64,000 bases of DNA from Bdellovibrio sp. (GTDB taxonomy: Bacteria > Bdellovibrionota > Bdellovibrionia > Bdellovibrionales > Bdellovibrionaceae), in NCBI GenBank assembly GCA_036676395.1, contig JAKFCY010000002.1, forward strand, positions 2,176,001 through 2,240,000, read 5' to 3'. A model generated the notes under the pieces. The model searched no databases and had not been told where the DNA came from. It saw only the letters and a list, made by a program, of their open reading frames with translations. Position numbers and translations under genes: made by a program. How positions within the stretch are numbered: the stretch's first letter is position 1; every line of letters starts with the position of its first letter. Below, one piece after another: positions 19,757 through 28,145 of the stretch.

Positions 19757-20743
19757 ATGTATAAAAAAATTATCATCAATCTAGCAATGGCAATGGTTAC
19801 GCCACTAGCGTTCGCTAACACTTCATATGACGGTGTGTCGCTGGCTGCCGCTGCAGATTCAAGTTTTTATATAGAGACTCCGGTGGCCGCAAAGCTAACT
19901 TTATTTAATCAAGATGTGACCGGCAATATGTCAGTCAGCAAACAAATCACAGTTCCAGAGAATTCAATCTTAGCGGTGAATTTATCAACGTTTGCAACGC
20001 GCGTGAATAGCGACTGGGTGTGCGGAATTCGTGTAGTCGACGTTCAAGATGAAGATCTTCGTGAATCAGATGTCGCTGACGAAACTGATTTTTGTATTCG
20101 TACTGCAGATGTTAAAAAAGCTGGATTATTAGATAGTTCAAATGGTTTAAATAAAGAAGCCTTTCTTAAATATCAAAAAACGGGTCAGCTTTCTGAATTA
20201 CATGATCTTGGTGCTTTTGCTGCACATATGGCGTCTTCAGAAAACAATTACCAAGTCTTTAAATCAGCTGCGACTAAAAGTAGTAATATGATTAGCCCGC
20301 TTAAAAACTGTAGTGTTGGCTGTTTAGCAGTAACAAGTGAATACGGCATGCGTAAACATCCGGTTCACAAAACTAAACGTTTGCATAAAGGCATAGATTT
20401 ACGCGCAAGAACCGGAACCCAAGTCGTGAGTGTTTATGATGGCAAAGTTTTAGCGACTCGTACTGAGCGTAATGCAAGAACTAAAAAAATGAAGGGCTAC
20501 GGTCATTACGTGATCGTGATCCACCCAACACGTCAGATTGAAACTTTATATGCGCATTTATCTGCATTTAAAACTTCAGCCGGTAAACCAGTAACTCAAG
20601 GTCAAACGATTGCTTTATCTGGTAACACGGGTGTAGGCACTGCCCCGCATTTACATTTTGAAATTCATGTGAAGAAAAATCGCAGCTACGTTCCTGTGAA
20701 TCCAAGATCGTATGTTACTAAAATGTTAAACGTGAATCTTTAA
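19757..20743 (+). CDS. Secreted M23 peptidase
   Basis: Signal peptide; HKGID, YAHLS, GPH-like APHLHFEI. Confidence 0.9.
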   Translation: MYKKIIINLAMAMVTPLAFANTSYDGVSLAAAADSSFYIETPVAAKLTLFNQDVTGNMSVSKQITVPENSILAVNLSTFATRVNSDWVCGIRVVDVQDEDLRESDVADETDFCIRTADVKKAGLLDSSNGLNKEAFLKYQKTGQLSELHDLGAFAAHMASSENNYQVFKSAATKSSNMISPLKNCSVGCLAVTSEYGMRKHPVHKTKRLHKGIDLRARTGTQVVSVYDGKVLATRTERNARTKKMKGYGHYVIVIHPTRQIETLYAHLSAFKTSAGKPVTQGQTIALSGNTGVGTAPHLHFEIHVKKNRSYVPVNPRSYVTKMLNVNL

Positions 20744-21533
20744 TTGAACGGGCTGACACTTCTCTTTGTAGCGAAGCCCATGCATTGATGCACTGATATC
20801 CCCAACAAGTGACTAAAGACTCACGAAAGAATAAGTAATTTTTTGGGGTGCACGAATAACCAGTTTCGAACTCTTGAAATTCGTTAATGCATAAAAAATA
20901 ATTCAGTTCATCTTGCGCACGTTTATAGTTAGTCCATTCTTTATGATCTGCATCGCTTGTTAAAAGTAACATGGCTATTTGATCTTCGAAAATAAATGCG
21001 GCACTTTCAGAACCTAATTCATCAGTAGGATGATCTAACTCGTACAACGCATGCCCAAGCTCATGAGCAAAACAAATAAGATTGCCATATGTTGGCTTAT
21101 TATTGCCCCGAATAACGTACCCAGTACTTCGTGGAAGCGTATAAAATTCGGGACTAGACAAATCCAGCATGGCATTTTCAATCAGAATATTTATTTCAAT
21201 TAGGCGTGGATGGTCTTTTAACAATTCTTTTAAACTAGATTTAAGGTCATTTGTTAGATGTTGTGAAAAAAATAAAGGCGGCTTAAGTGTTGGGGGAAGC
21301 AAACCTAAATTAGCAGAATCCATTAAATTTACTAACTGCGATTTTAACTCTGTTAGCATAGGAAACACCCAGCCTTTTTTAATAAGACTTAACCTTAGAA
21401 TTTCACGGCTTACGAGAACCTCTTTTTCGATGGGTGTTAGTTCGTTTTTTAACCAACGTCTTGGTTCAAATTGCATCTTTTGATACATTTCTTGAATTGA
21501 AACTGAAGTCGCGTAAATCACACAAAACTCCAT
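20718..21533 (-). CDS. HExxH metallopeptidase-like protein (M3/oligoendopeptidase-like core)
   Basis: FAHELGHALYE...SESAAFIFE; overlaps the oxygenase gene. Confidence 0.55.
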   Translation of the reverse strand: MEFCVIYATSVSIQEMYQKMQFEPRRWLKNELTPIEKEVLVSREILRLSLIKKGWVFPMLTELKSQLVNLMDSANLGLLPPTLKPPLFFSQHLTNDLKSSLKELLKDHPRLIEINILIENAMLDLSSPEFYTLPRSTGYVIRGNNKPTYGNLICFAHELGHALYELDHPTDELGSESAAFIFEDQIAMLLLTSDADHKEWTNYKRAQDELNYFLCINEFQEFETGYSCTPKNYLFFRESLVTCWGYQCINAWASLQREVSARSIKDSRLTF

Positions 21534-22060
21534 TCAGATATTAGAGTCAGACGTTCAACTTCTTTAACAACGGGCGAGACGCTGTGAAAAGATTTTTCAG
21601 AAAAAGGCAATACCACAAGTGTATTTGGTTTGGGCTGAATCGTGTTTTCTAAAATAAAGTGTTTGTTATTTTTACTCCAAATTTGAAGGTTTCCACCCAT
21701 TCCAGATCTCCATTCGGTCAAATGTAAAAACACACCTGCATTAAAACCGCAATCTGCGTCAGTATGGATAGGCACACCATTTGTTATTCCTTGGGTACAT
21801 CGCAACTGCGGAACAGAACCTTGATGCCTTTGCACTCTGTTTTTCAATAAATCCTGTAAAACTTGGCGCATATCTTTACCGATCATTTTACGCAGGACTT
21901 CGGTATTACTAACTAATCCATAACGATCGTGATGTTTGGGGTTAGTTTCCCACTGAACAGAGCTTAGGGCTGCTTTTTTAATAAAATGGTAACTCTCTTC
22001 GGAAAAAAAGTTCTCGATAATAAAATAAGGATACGGATTACTGTAGGCTAAGACTTTCAT
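21518..22060 (-). CDS. 2OG-Fe(II) oxygenase
   Basis: HTD...W..GMGGNLQIW...PKPNTLVV...SFHSVSPV...RLT facial-triad pattern. Confidence 0.85.
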   Translation of the reverse strand: MKVLAYSNPYPYFIIENFFSEESYHFIKKAALSSVQWETNPKHHDRYGLVSNTEVLRKMIGKDMRQVLQDLLKNRVQRHQGSVPQLRCTQGITNGVPIHTDADCGFNAGVFLHLTEWRSGMGGNLQIWSKNNKHFILENTIQPKPNTLVVLPFSEKSFHSVSPVVKEVERLTLISEWSFV

Positions 22061-22844
22061 GATCCCCACCCGCTGCTTTCATAATTTTTAGTACTTCTAA
22101 ATTACCGGCATGATTCTTTATCGCCGGAACATAAAGTGTTGTCGAAAAGTTGATTTGAGACTTCAATTGATCGACTTGATCTACGGTATAATAATTTACA
22201 CTCGATTTATCACTTGCTGAGTTAGCGGCTCTAACTAAAGCTATCGGATGATCAGCAGAATAAAACTTTAGCAAATATACTTTAAGCAGATCTAACCGAT
22301 TACCATCGCCTGCGCCTTGATAATCGGCTACTGGATTTGCAACTGAACACACATGATAAAAGAAATGGTCACTCTGTATATTGATCTTATGCTCGAACAG
22401 CAGCGCTCGGTTAATATCAATTAAGCTTGATCCGTTTTCTAGAATATCTAATTCTAATACATTTGCCATAACATCAAAACTAGAAATGCCTTCGAATACC
22501 TGAACTAGCGTTTGCTTTTGACGGCCCCACGTTTCTAAAGCTTTTGTCAAAAACACGCCTAAACGCGGATGACCAGCAACGATGAAACTTACCTGTTCAA
22601 ACTGAGCAACAGTTTTAATGATTGTCTTCATCATGTCTTTATAATTTTCAAGATCGGTGCGGTCAGTTTTGTAATAGGGGTTTAAATTCACCATTACCTG
22701 ATTGCCAGGAACATACTGTTTAATGATCGCTTCCGATGTTTCAATAAAGCAAATAGCTTTACTAGCCTGAATTTGAGCCAGAGCTTCTAAGGTAATTTGT
22801 GTAAATCTTTTAGTACCGATGCCTAGGATATTTAACTTTTTCAT
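22038..22844 (-). CDS. Borosin/OphMA-like SAM-dependent methyltransferase (tetrapyrrole methylase fold)
   Basis: LGIG..QITLEALAQI, NLNPYY..(10)..Y..M, AGHP, GISSFD, LDILENG; start ATG 22844 with GAAGG upstream. Confidence 0.75.
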   Translation of the reverse strand: MKKLNILGIGTKRFTQITLEALAQIQASKAICFIETSEAIIKQYVPGNQVMVNLNPYYKTDRTDLENYKDMMKTIIKTVAQFEQVSFIVAGHPRLGVFLTKALETWGRQKQTLVQVFEGISSFDVMANVLELDILENGSSLIDINRALLFEHKINIQSDHFFYHVCSVANPVADYQGAGDGNRLDLLKVYLLKFYSADHPIALVRAANSASDKSSVNYYTVDQVDQLKSQINFSTTLYVPAIKNHAGNLEVLKIMKAAGGDHESLSLQ

Positions 22845-23083
22845 GATTTGCCTTCTGGTTATAACGAACCGTTTGTCTTCAAGGCTTATTTCAAAGGTGA
22901 TACCAATCCGCATCTATATATAAGTAGGCTATATTTCAGTTCACCTATTTGAATTCCGGGTTTTAAGAAAGTATTCCGAAAATCCGGATAAATTTCGAGC
23001 CAGATCGATTTTATCAAGGCTAGAAATCCGGACAAAGAGGCATAGTACTTGGAATAGTGTTTATCAACTAACAAGGAGTACAC

Positions 23084-23242
23084 ATGAACCATAACCAAAA
23101 CACAGAAACTGAAATCACTGTAAACCAAGCCGCATTAGAGCTTAGAATTGAAACTGAAGGCCCTAGCGTTGTTCGACGTTTACTTAATGTGATTCCAGTC
23201 GACATCGAAGCACTTCTTAAAGAATTAGACGAAGAAGTGTAG
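23084..23242 (+). CDS. 52-aa candidate RiPP precursor peptide (not in the ORF track)
   Basis: AAGGAG RBS at 23073; MNHNQNTETEITVNQAALELRIETEGPSVVRRLLNVIPVDIEALLKELDEEV*. Confidence 0.75.
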   Translation: MNHNQNTETEITVNQAALELRIETEGPSVVRRLLNVIPVDIEALLKELDEEV

Positions 23243-23245
23243 TTT

Positions 23246-23277
23246 TAAAATGGGGATCTGAAAAGATCCCCATTTTA
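23246..23277 (+). terminator. Perfect 14-bp stem with GAAA loop after the peptide gene
   Basis: taaaatggggatct-gaaa-agatccccatttta. Confidence 0.8.
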
Positions 23278-23313
23278 TTGATTTTGGATTCAACGAATAA
23301 TACGGAGAAAAAA

Positions 23314-24606
23314 ATGAAATTTTTTATTAACTCAAAACAGTTTTTACACCTAAGCCTAATTACTTTAATTCAGCAGATGATGGTTGCAGGATCGACTTAC
23401 TTTTTAATTAAACTTACCTCTTCGCAAAACAATCCCGAGAATTTTTTAATTCAGCTATTTGGTTTCTTAGCATGCTTAACGCTGGTCTACTTACCGGTCT
23501 CTCTACAAAAATATTTTCAAGATAAATGGGTTCTTTCAGTTCAGAAAAAATATTTATCTTTATTTAGAAAAAATTACTATGGCCGCATTGATTTACTTGG
23601 AAACGCAAATACTGAAAACGAAAAATTTGGCTTTATGCAAAGAGAAGCTTTTCATGTTATTGATCAAGTCACGTTTTATTGGAGCGATTTACTAACGACT
23701 TCATTAAATGTTGTTCTGAATATTTTAGTTATTGGTGCAGTGCTGGATAAGTCTTTTTTTAGTGCTTACTTTGCCAGTTTTGTAGTTTATGGAATTCTTG
23801 CGACAGTATTTGCTAAATTTATTGAAAAATGGAGCATTGAAAATCAAACGGCTCGTGTTACTCATTCAAGCCTGTTGAATAAAATTTGGCCAACGCTATT
23901 AATTGGCAACCGTATCAATAACGACCAATTATTTAGCTCAGAAGAATCTAAATTTGCTGATTTGAATTCTTCATTGTTAAACAATCGCCGTAAAACTGAA
24001 GCTGTTCAACTTATAACAACCTTACTAACCATGGCTCCAGTCATTGGCTTACTCGTTTATACTATGATTCAAAATTTGCAAAATGCAATGATCTTAGTAC
24101 CCTTGATAGCCACTTTACATCGTCAGGTTCAAATCATTCAACACATCGAAGTTATTGGAACACTTGGCTTACATTATCATTCGATGACGGCTCTGTTAAA
24201 TGGGTTTTTAGCAAGCCTTGAAGCTCCTGAAAAACAACAGCTTAGTCAGCGCATGCAACCCGCACTAATTCGTGTTCAAGAAAATAACGGTCGCACGTTA
24301 GTGACAGGCCCAAATGGTGCCGGAAAATCCACGTGGTTAAAGATCAAAAAAGAAGAACTAGGCGACAAAGCGATTTATATTCCGGCAAAAATGGATATTT
24401 TCTTTAAAGATATTTCTGACGAAATGTCGAGTGGCCAACGTGCTATGGCTATTCTAAAAAATATTGAAACTTCAGATTGCAAAGACCAAGTTTTTTTATT
24501 GGATGAGTGGGATGCCAATTTAGATGCTAACAATCGTGAAGCTTTAGAATTAGTTGTGCAAAAGCTCGCTGAAAACAACAGTGTCTTCGAAGTTCGCCAT
24601 GCCTGA
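23314..24606 (+). CDS. ABC exporter (TM domain plus compact ATPase)
   Basis: Multiple TM segments; GPNGAGKS, MSSGQ, LLDEWD; GGAG RBS before ATG 23314. Confidence 0.8.
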   Translation: MKFFINSKQFLHLSLITLIQQMMVAGSTYFLIKLTSSQNNPENFLIQLFGFLACLTLVYLPVSLQKYFQDKWVLSVQKKYLSLFRKNYYGRIDLLGNANTENEKFGFMQREAFHVIDQVTFYWSDLLTTSLNVVLNILVIGAVLDKSFFSAYFASFVVYGILATVFAKFIEKWSIENQTARVTHSSLLNKIWPTLLIGNRINNDQLFSSEESKFADLNSSLLNNRRKTEAVQLITTLLTMAPVIGLLVYTMIQNLQNAMILVPLIATLHRQVQIIQHIEVIGTLGLHYHSMTALLNGFLASLEAPEKQQLSQRMQPALIRVQENNGRTLVTGPNGAGKSTWLKIKKEELGDKAIYIPAKMDIFFKDISDEMSSGQRAMAILKNIETSDCKDQVFLLDEWDANLDANNREALELVVQKLAENNSVFEVRHA

Positions 24607-25267
24607 AGTATCTATAGAATTTCTACTCGCATTGGGTATAAATGGGTATCAACAAATTACTCCAAAAGCTGAATGCAAACTACGCTTGCAGCAATCAATG
24701 GATCTGATTTATGAGCTGCCGACTGAACTAGTCTGTCTGCAATCACTTTTCACAGATGAACTTAAAGAAGTTATTTGGCTGCAAGCGATAAGTAAAGACA
24801 CTCCGACATTTGCTTCAGCGGCCTATCCAGAAGTACCTGGTAAAGTTTTTGTGACAACAGCATTATTTTATTATGTTCCGCCAACAACAGCTACGCTAAT
24901 TACTAATACATATTTTGCTTTTGAAAATATGATTCATGAATGCCTTCACCATCGTGGTGAAAAAATATTTACCGCATCGCCGCTACTAAGAGACTTAATG
25001 AAAAGCAGTGCTGAAATTAGTGTGTCTTGGCGGGCAACAACTTGGAGTTTTTCTCACGCCATTCAAGCTTACTATGTGTATCTTTGGATATTTAAACTTC
25101 GCCAATGGCGCTCGAACGATGTAAGCGAAAAAATTGAAATTCGCAAAATTCTGTCACAGTCATTGAATGATGTAAGTGTTATTATTAATGAACTTGAAAT
25201 CCAACTAAGCCAGATTTCGAAGGTCTCCCCTATTGAATTTCGTGCTTTACTAGAGAATCAATTTTAG
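24599..25267 (+). CDS. aKG-HExxH-type (HEXXH motif) peptide-modifying protein
   Basis: FASAA..PGKVFV...ENMIHECLHH...VSWR...HAIQAYYVY; ATGCCTGA overlap with the ABC gene. Confidence 0.7.
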   Translation: MPEVSIEFLLALGINGYQQITPKAECKLRLQQSMDLIYELPTELVCLQSLFTDELKEVIWLQAISKDTPTFASAAYPEVPGKVFVTTALFYYVPPTTATLITNTYFAFENMIHECLHHRGEKIFTASPLLRDLMKSSAEISVSWRATTWSFSHAIQAYYVYLWIFKLRQWRSNDVSEKIEIRKILSQSLNDVSVIINELEIQLSQISKVSPIEFRALLENQF

Positions 25268-25376
25268 TTAAACAACTAAAACCTAAATCAAATCACACAC
25301 TTGATTCACCAATTACCTCCTACCGCTGTTTTGTGCTATAATATCTAGTACAGCAGACTTACAGATAGGAGGACTT

Positions 25377-25592
25377 ATGGATTCAATGCGAATACTTATT
25401 GATACCGCAAAAGGACTGCTAGCTCTAGGCTTAATCATGTTAGGATTGTGGTTATTTGGCCAATCATTACTTATTATTTATGCGACCCTAGGAGACAACA
25501 TTGGCTTTCTTGCCTTAATTCCGACTGGCTTAGTGGTAGCGTACTTAATCGGTCACGCGATCACCGCGCAAAAAGATATTACCCACTACTAA
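25377..25592 (+). CDS. Small two-TM membrane protein
   Basis: AGGAGG RBS; two hydrophobic helices; resembles 19141..19257. Confidence 0.75.
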   Translation: MDSMRILIDTAKGLLALGLIMLGLWLFGQSLLIIYATLGDNIGFLALIPTGLVVAYLIGHAITAQKDITHY

Positions 25593-25599
25593 ACACTGA

Positions 25600-26859
25600 C
25601 TAAAACAGATTCCAGAACTGGTTTGCGCTCCAAAATTTCAAATTCACGACGCGTGAACCAGTTCCTACTTTATCAGCAAGCTTATCGTCGGCAAATATGT
25701 TTATGGTGTAGTCTTTTAAATTCGGAGTGCCCGTAAGCTTGTTCATATCACTCTCGACCATTCCGCCATGGTTATCATCGACTTCATACCCGCCTAAGAT
25801 AGAACCTTCTTTAACCCGCTCTAAAAATGTTTCTTTAGGTATTTTAGTAAAATCAATTGAATCATGCGCATAAATTCCCGACACCGGTAAATGAATTGTG
25901 AGTGGCTCTTGGCTTACCAGAAAATGTCTGGTGATAGCGTCTAACTGACTGGTGCGAAGGCACTGGCTGTAAAAACCACCCATCATGATGACCGTGTTAG
26001 TGCTTAATACCGAATGTTCACCATTTTTTGAAAAATAAGCTCTGGTCGGATTTTTATCAGCTAAATACCAAGTTTGATCATGTACTCCGTCATCACTGAC
26101 TAAGTACACCACTGGCAAACCGCGCGATTTGGCGTGCTGAATAGTTGCATCAGCAAAAGTCTTAATCGATTTTTTATCGAAGATAGTTGTCGCATGAGTC
26201 ACCAGAACTAAAGGTTTTGTGATAATTGGGTCATGACCGGCATAAGCTTTTTTATCAAATTCTTTTAAAGTTCCATCTAACAAGGCATTTCTAAATTCAG
26301 CATTTCTATACCATTCAAATTCACGCTTATTGTCTAAGGTGTAATTCACTAATTGATTCAGAGCCATTATCGCATCAGCTTTAACTTGGTAATCGGGCGC
26401 ATTGTAATCTGTATAAATTGAGTTTTTATTTAAATGAAATAATACTTTTTTGAGTTGTGGTAATTCGGGAGTTAAGAATTTTTCTAAGGCCGGGTACACA
26501 ATCGTTAAAGCATCGTTGTCTAATTTTAGACAATTAAATTTGGCCCACATGGCTTTATCATCAATCGTGTCTAAATTAATCGTTAATTCTAAAACGCCCG
26601 CTTGCAGAGATTGATCACAAGTGCTCTTAAAACTGTAGTATTCATGTTTTGTTGAATAATTTAGCCAGAATTCACGTTTACCGTAACGATCGCCTTCAGC
26701 ATCACGTCTTTGGCGATACCACAGCTCATAGGGTTTTAACGGCGCATAAGGCTTGATAGACACTTTTAACACGCGATCCGTTATAACAGCCTTAACCTCA
26801 GCATGAGCTGAGGTAAGCCATAATCCGATCGTTAAAATTGCAAAAATCAAGTGTCTCAT
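25600..26859 (-). CDS. Secreted hypothetical protein, possible isochorismatase-like C-terminal domain
   Basis: Signal peptide; GLPVVYL, MGGFYSQCL. Confidence 0.55.
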   Translation of the reverse strand: MRHLIFAILTIGLWLTSAHAEVKAVITDRVLKVSIKPYAPLKPYELWYRQRRDAEGDRYGKREFWLNYSTKHEYYSFKSTCDQSLQAGVLELTINLDTIDDKAMWAKFNCLKLDNDALTIVYPALEKFLTPELPQLKKVLFHLNKNSIYTDYNAPDYQVKADAIMALNQLVNYTLDNKREFEWYRNAEFRNALLDGTLKEFDKKAYAGHDPIITKPLVLVTHATTIFDKKSIKTFADATIQHAKSRGLPVVYLVSDDGVHDQTWYLADKNPTRAYFSKNGEHSVLSTNTVIMMGGFYSQCLRTSQLDAITRHFLVSQEPLTIHLPVSGIYAHDSIDFTKIPKETFLERVKEGSILGGYEVDDNHGGMVESDMNKLTGTPNLKDYTINIFADDKLADKVGTGSRVVNLKFWSANQFWNLF

Positions 26860-26964
26860 TTTGATACTCTCTAAGTTATTCGTAAACCTAAAGTATACCT
26901 ATGAAAGAATCGTTCCCGTTTTTATGAAAATATAGCGCTGCTCGGGCACTATACCGTGTCGAAC

Positions 26965-28035
26965 TTATTTCATTTCCGGAATTTTATTGGCAAGAACGTT
27001 TAAGAATGCGTTTTGAAAGATCAATGGTTGGCCTGCAAGACTTACGTTATAAAAACTTTCAAGCTGTGAATTCGCATTTCTAAAAAAGTGATCTAAAACA
27101 GGAACTTCTTCGATCTGTACTTTCACTGCACGAGTCTTATTTATATCTGCAGAAAAAGACTGATGTTCTGGCCACTGAGAACCGACAAAATCAGCTTTGC
27201 CTAAAAGCATAAATACTTTAGCTGATGATTTTTTCCAGCTCGGATTCAAATCTAAATCTGCTAACTGCTGCATGTAAGTGAAATGCACCGGAAACTCTAA
27301 ATAAGGCGTTCCAGCTGGATAAACTTGTTTAATTTGAGCGGGAGTTTTTTTACCGATGTAAAATTCTTTTGCCACATAATCGCGAATTTGAATTTCTTGC
27401 GCCACTTGCTGGGCTGTGTATCCTGCTAAATATAACTGACGAATCGTGTTGGTGCGATCATAATCAGACCAACGTTCGGCTAAGGTTCCCATCACGATCA
27501 CCGCATAAGCCGAAACTTTTTCTAATAATAACGGCGCGATCACACCACCGATGCTATGACCAAATATTGAAACGCGGTCTGCGTTTACAAAAGAATAACT
27601 TTTTAACGCTGTTAACCCCGCAACATAGCCTGCCAGTTCGCGGTCAAAATTTTGTTCAGCACAAGGTTTACCTTGGCTATCGCCCATGCCGGTCTTTTCA
27701 ACTCGCATTGTGACAAAACTATTTTTACTCATAAATTCAATAATGTTCTTATAAGACTCGACATGCGGACCCGCCCCCGAAAAATCGAGTGAATAGCAGC
27801 CAAGCCCACCAATAAATAACAAGGCTGGGTGTGGCCCTGTACCCTTTGGCACAGTCACAATCACGCGCTGAAGTTCGCCGGCGATGTTTACTGAACCATA
27901 CTGAACTGTGTGGTCAGCACTGCTTTCTTGAGCCTTCGGAGCACCCAATTCATTCGGAATCTCAGCCGCTAGACTGTTAACTCCAGTTAAAATTACAACG
28001 ATACAAATTAGTTTAGAAAAATTTTTTACATTCAT
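26965..28035 (-). CDS. Secreted alpha/beta hydrolase
   Basis: Signal peptide; GMGDS, GHSIGG, LDHF. Confidence 0.85.
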   Translation of the reverse strand: MNVKNFSKLICIVVILTGVNSLAAEIPNELGAPKAQESSADHTVQYGSVNIAGELQRVIVTVPKGTGPHPALLFIGGLGCYSLDFSGAGPHVESYKNIIEFMSKNSFVTMRVEKTGMGDSQGKPCAEQNFDRELAGYVAGLTALKSYSFVNADRVSIFGHSIGGVIAPLLLEKVSAYAVIVMGTLAERWSDYDRTNTIRQLYLAGYTAQQVAQEIQIRDYVAKEFYIGKKTPAQIKQVYPAGTPYLEFPVHFTYMQQLADLDLNPSWKKSSAKVFMLLGKADFVGSQWPEHQSFSADINKTRAVKVQIEEVPVLDHFFRNANSQLESFYNVSLAGQPLIFQNAFLNVLANKIPEMK

Positions 28036-28145
28036 GGGTGCATAAAACCCTTTTTCAAAGCTTTCTGCTTGGAAAAAATTGCTCTTTAAATTGTAAAGCT
28101 CCTATGCCTGTTGAAACCCCGCACAGATGTGTGTACTGCATAGTT

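Noticed and set aside
19757..20743. M23 peptidase as part of the RiPP cluster
   Set aside because: It is convergent, has its own promoter motif and signal peptide, and is a typical peptidoglycan hydrolase; no evidence of linkage
22845..22913. N-terminal extension of the methyltransferase in the ORF track
   Set aside because: Family similarity begins at MKKLNILG (ATG 22844), which has its own purine-rich RBS
22886..23128. 80-aa minus-strand ORF in the RiPP divergent region
   Set aside because: No RBS or recognisable motif; it overlaps the promoter region and the better supported plus-strand 52-aa ORF
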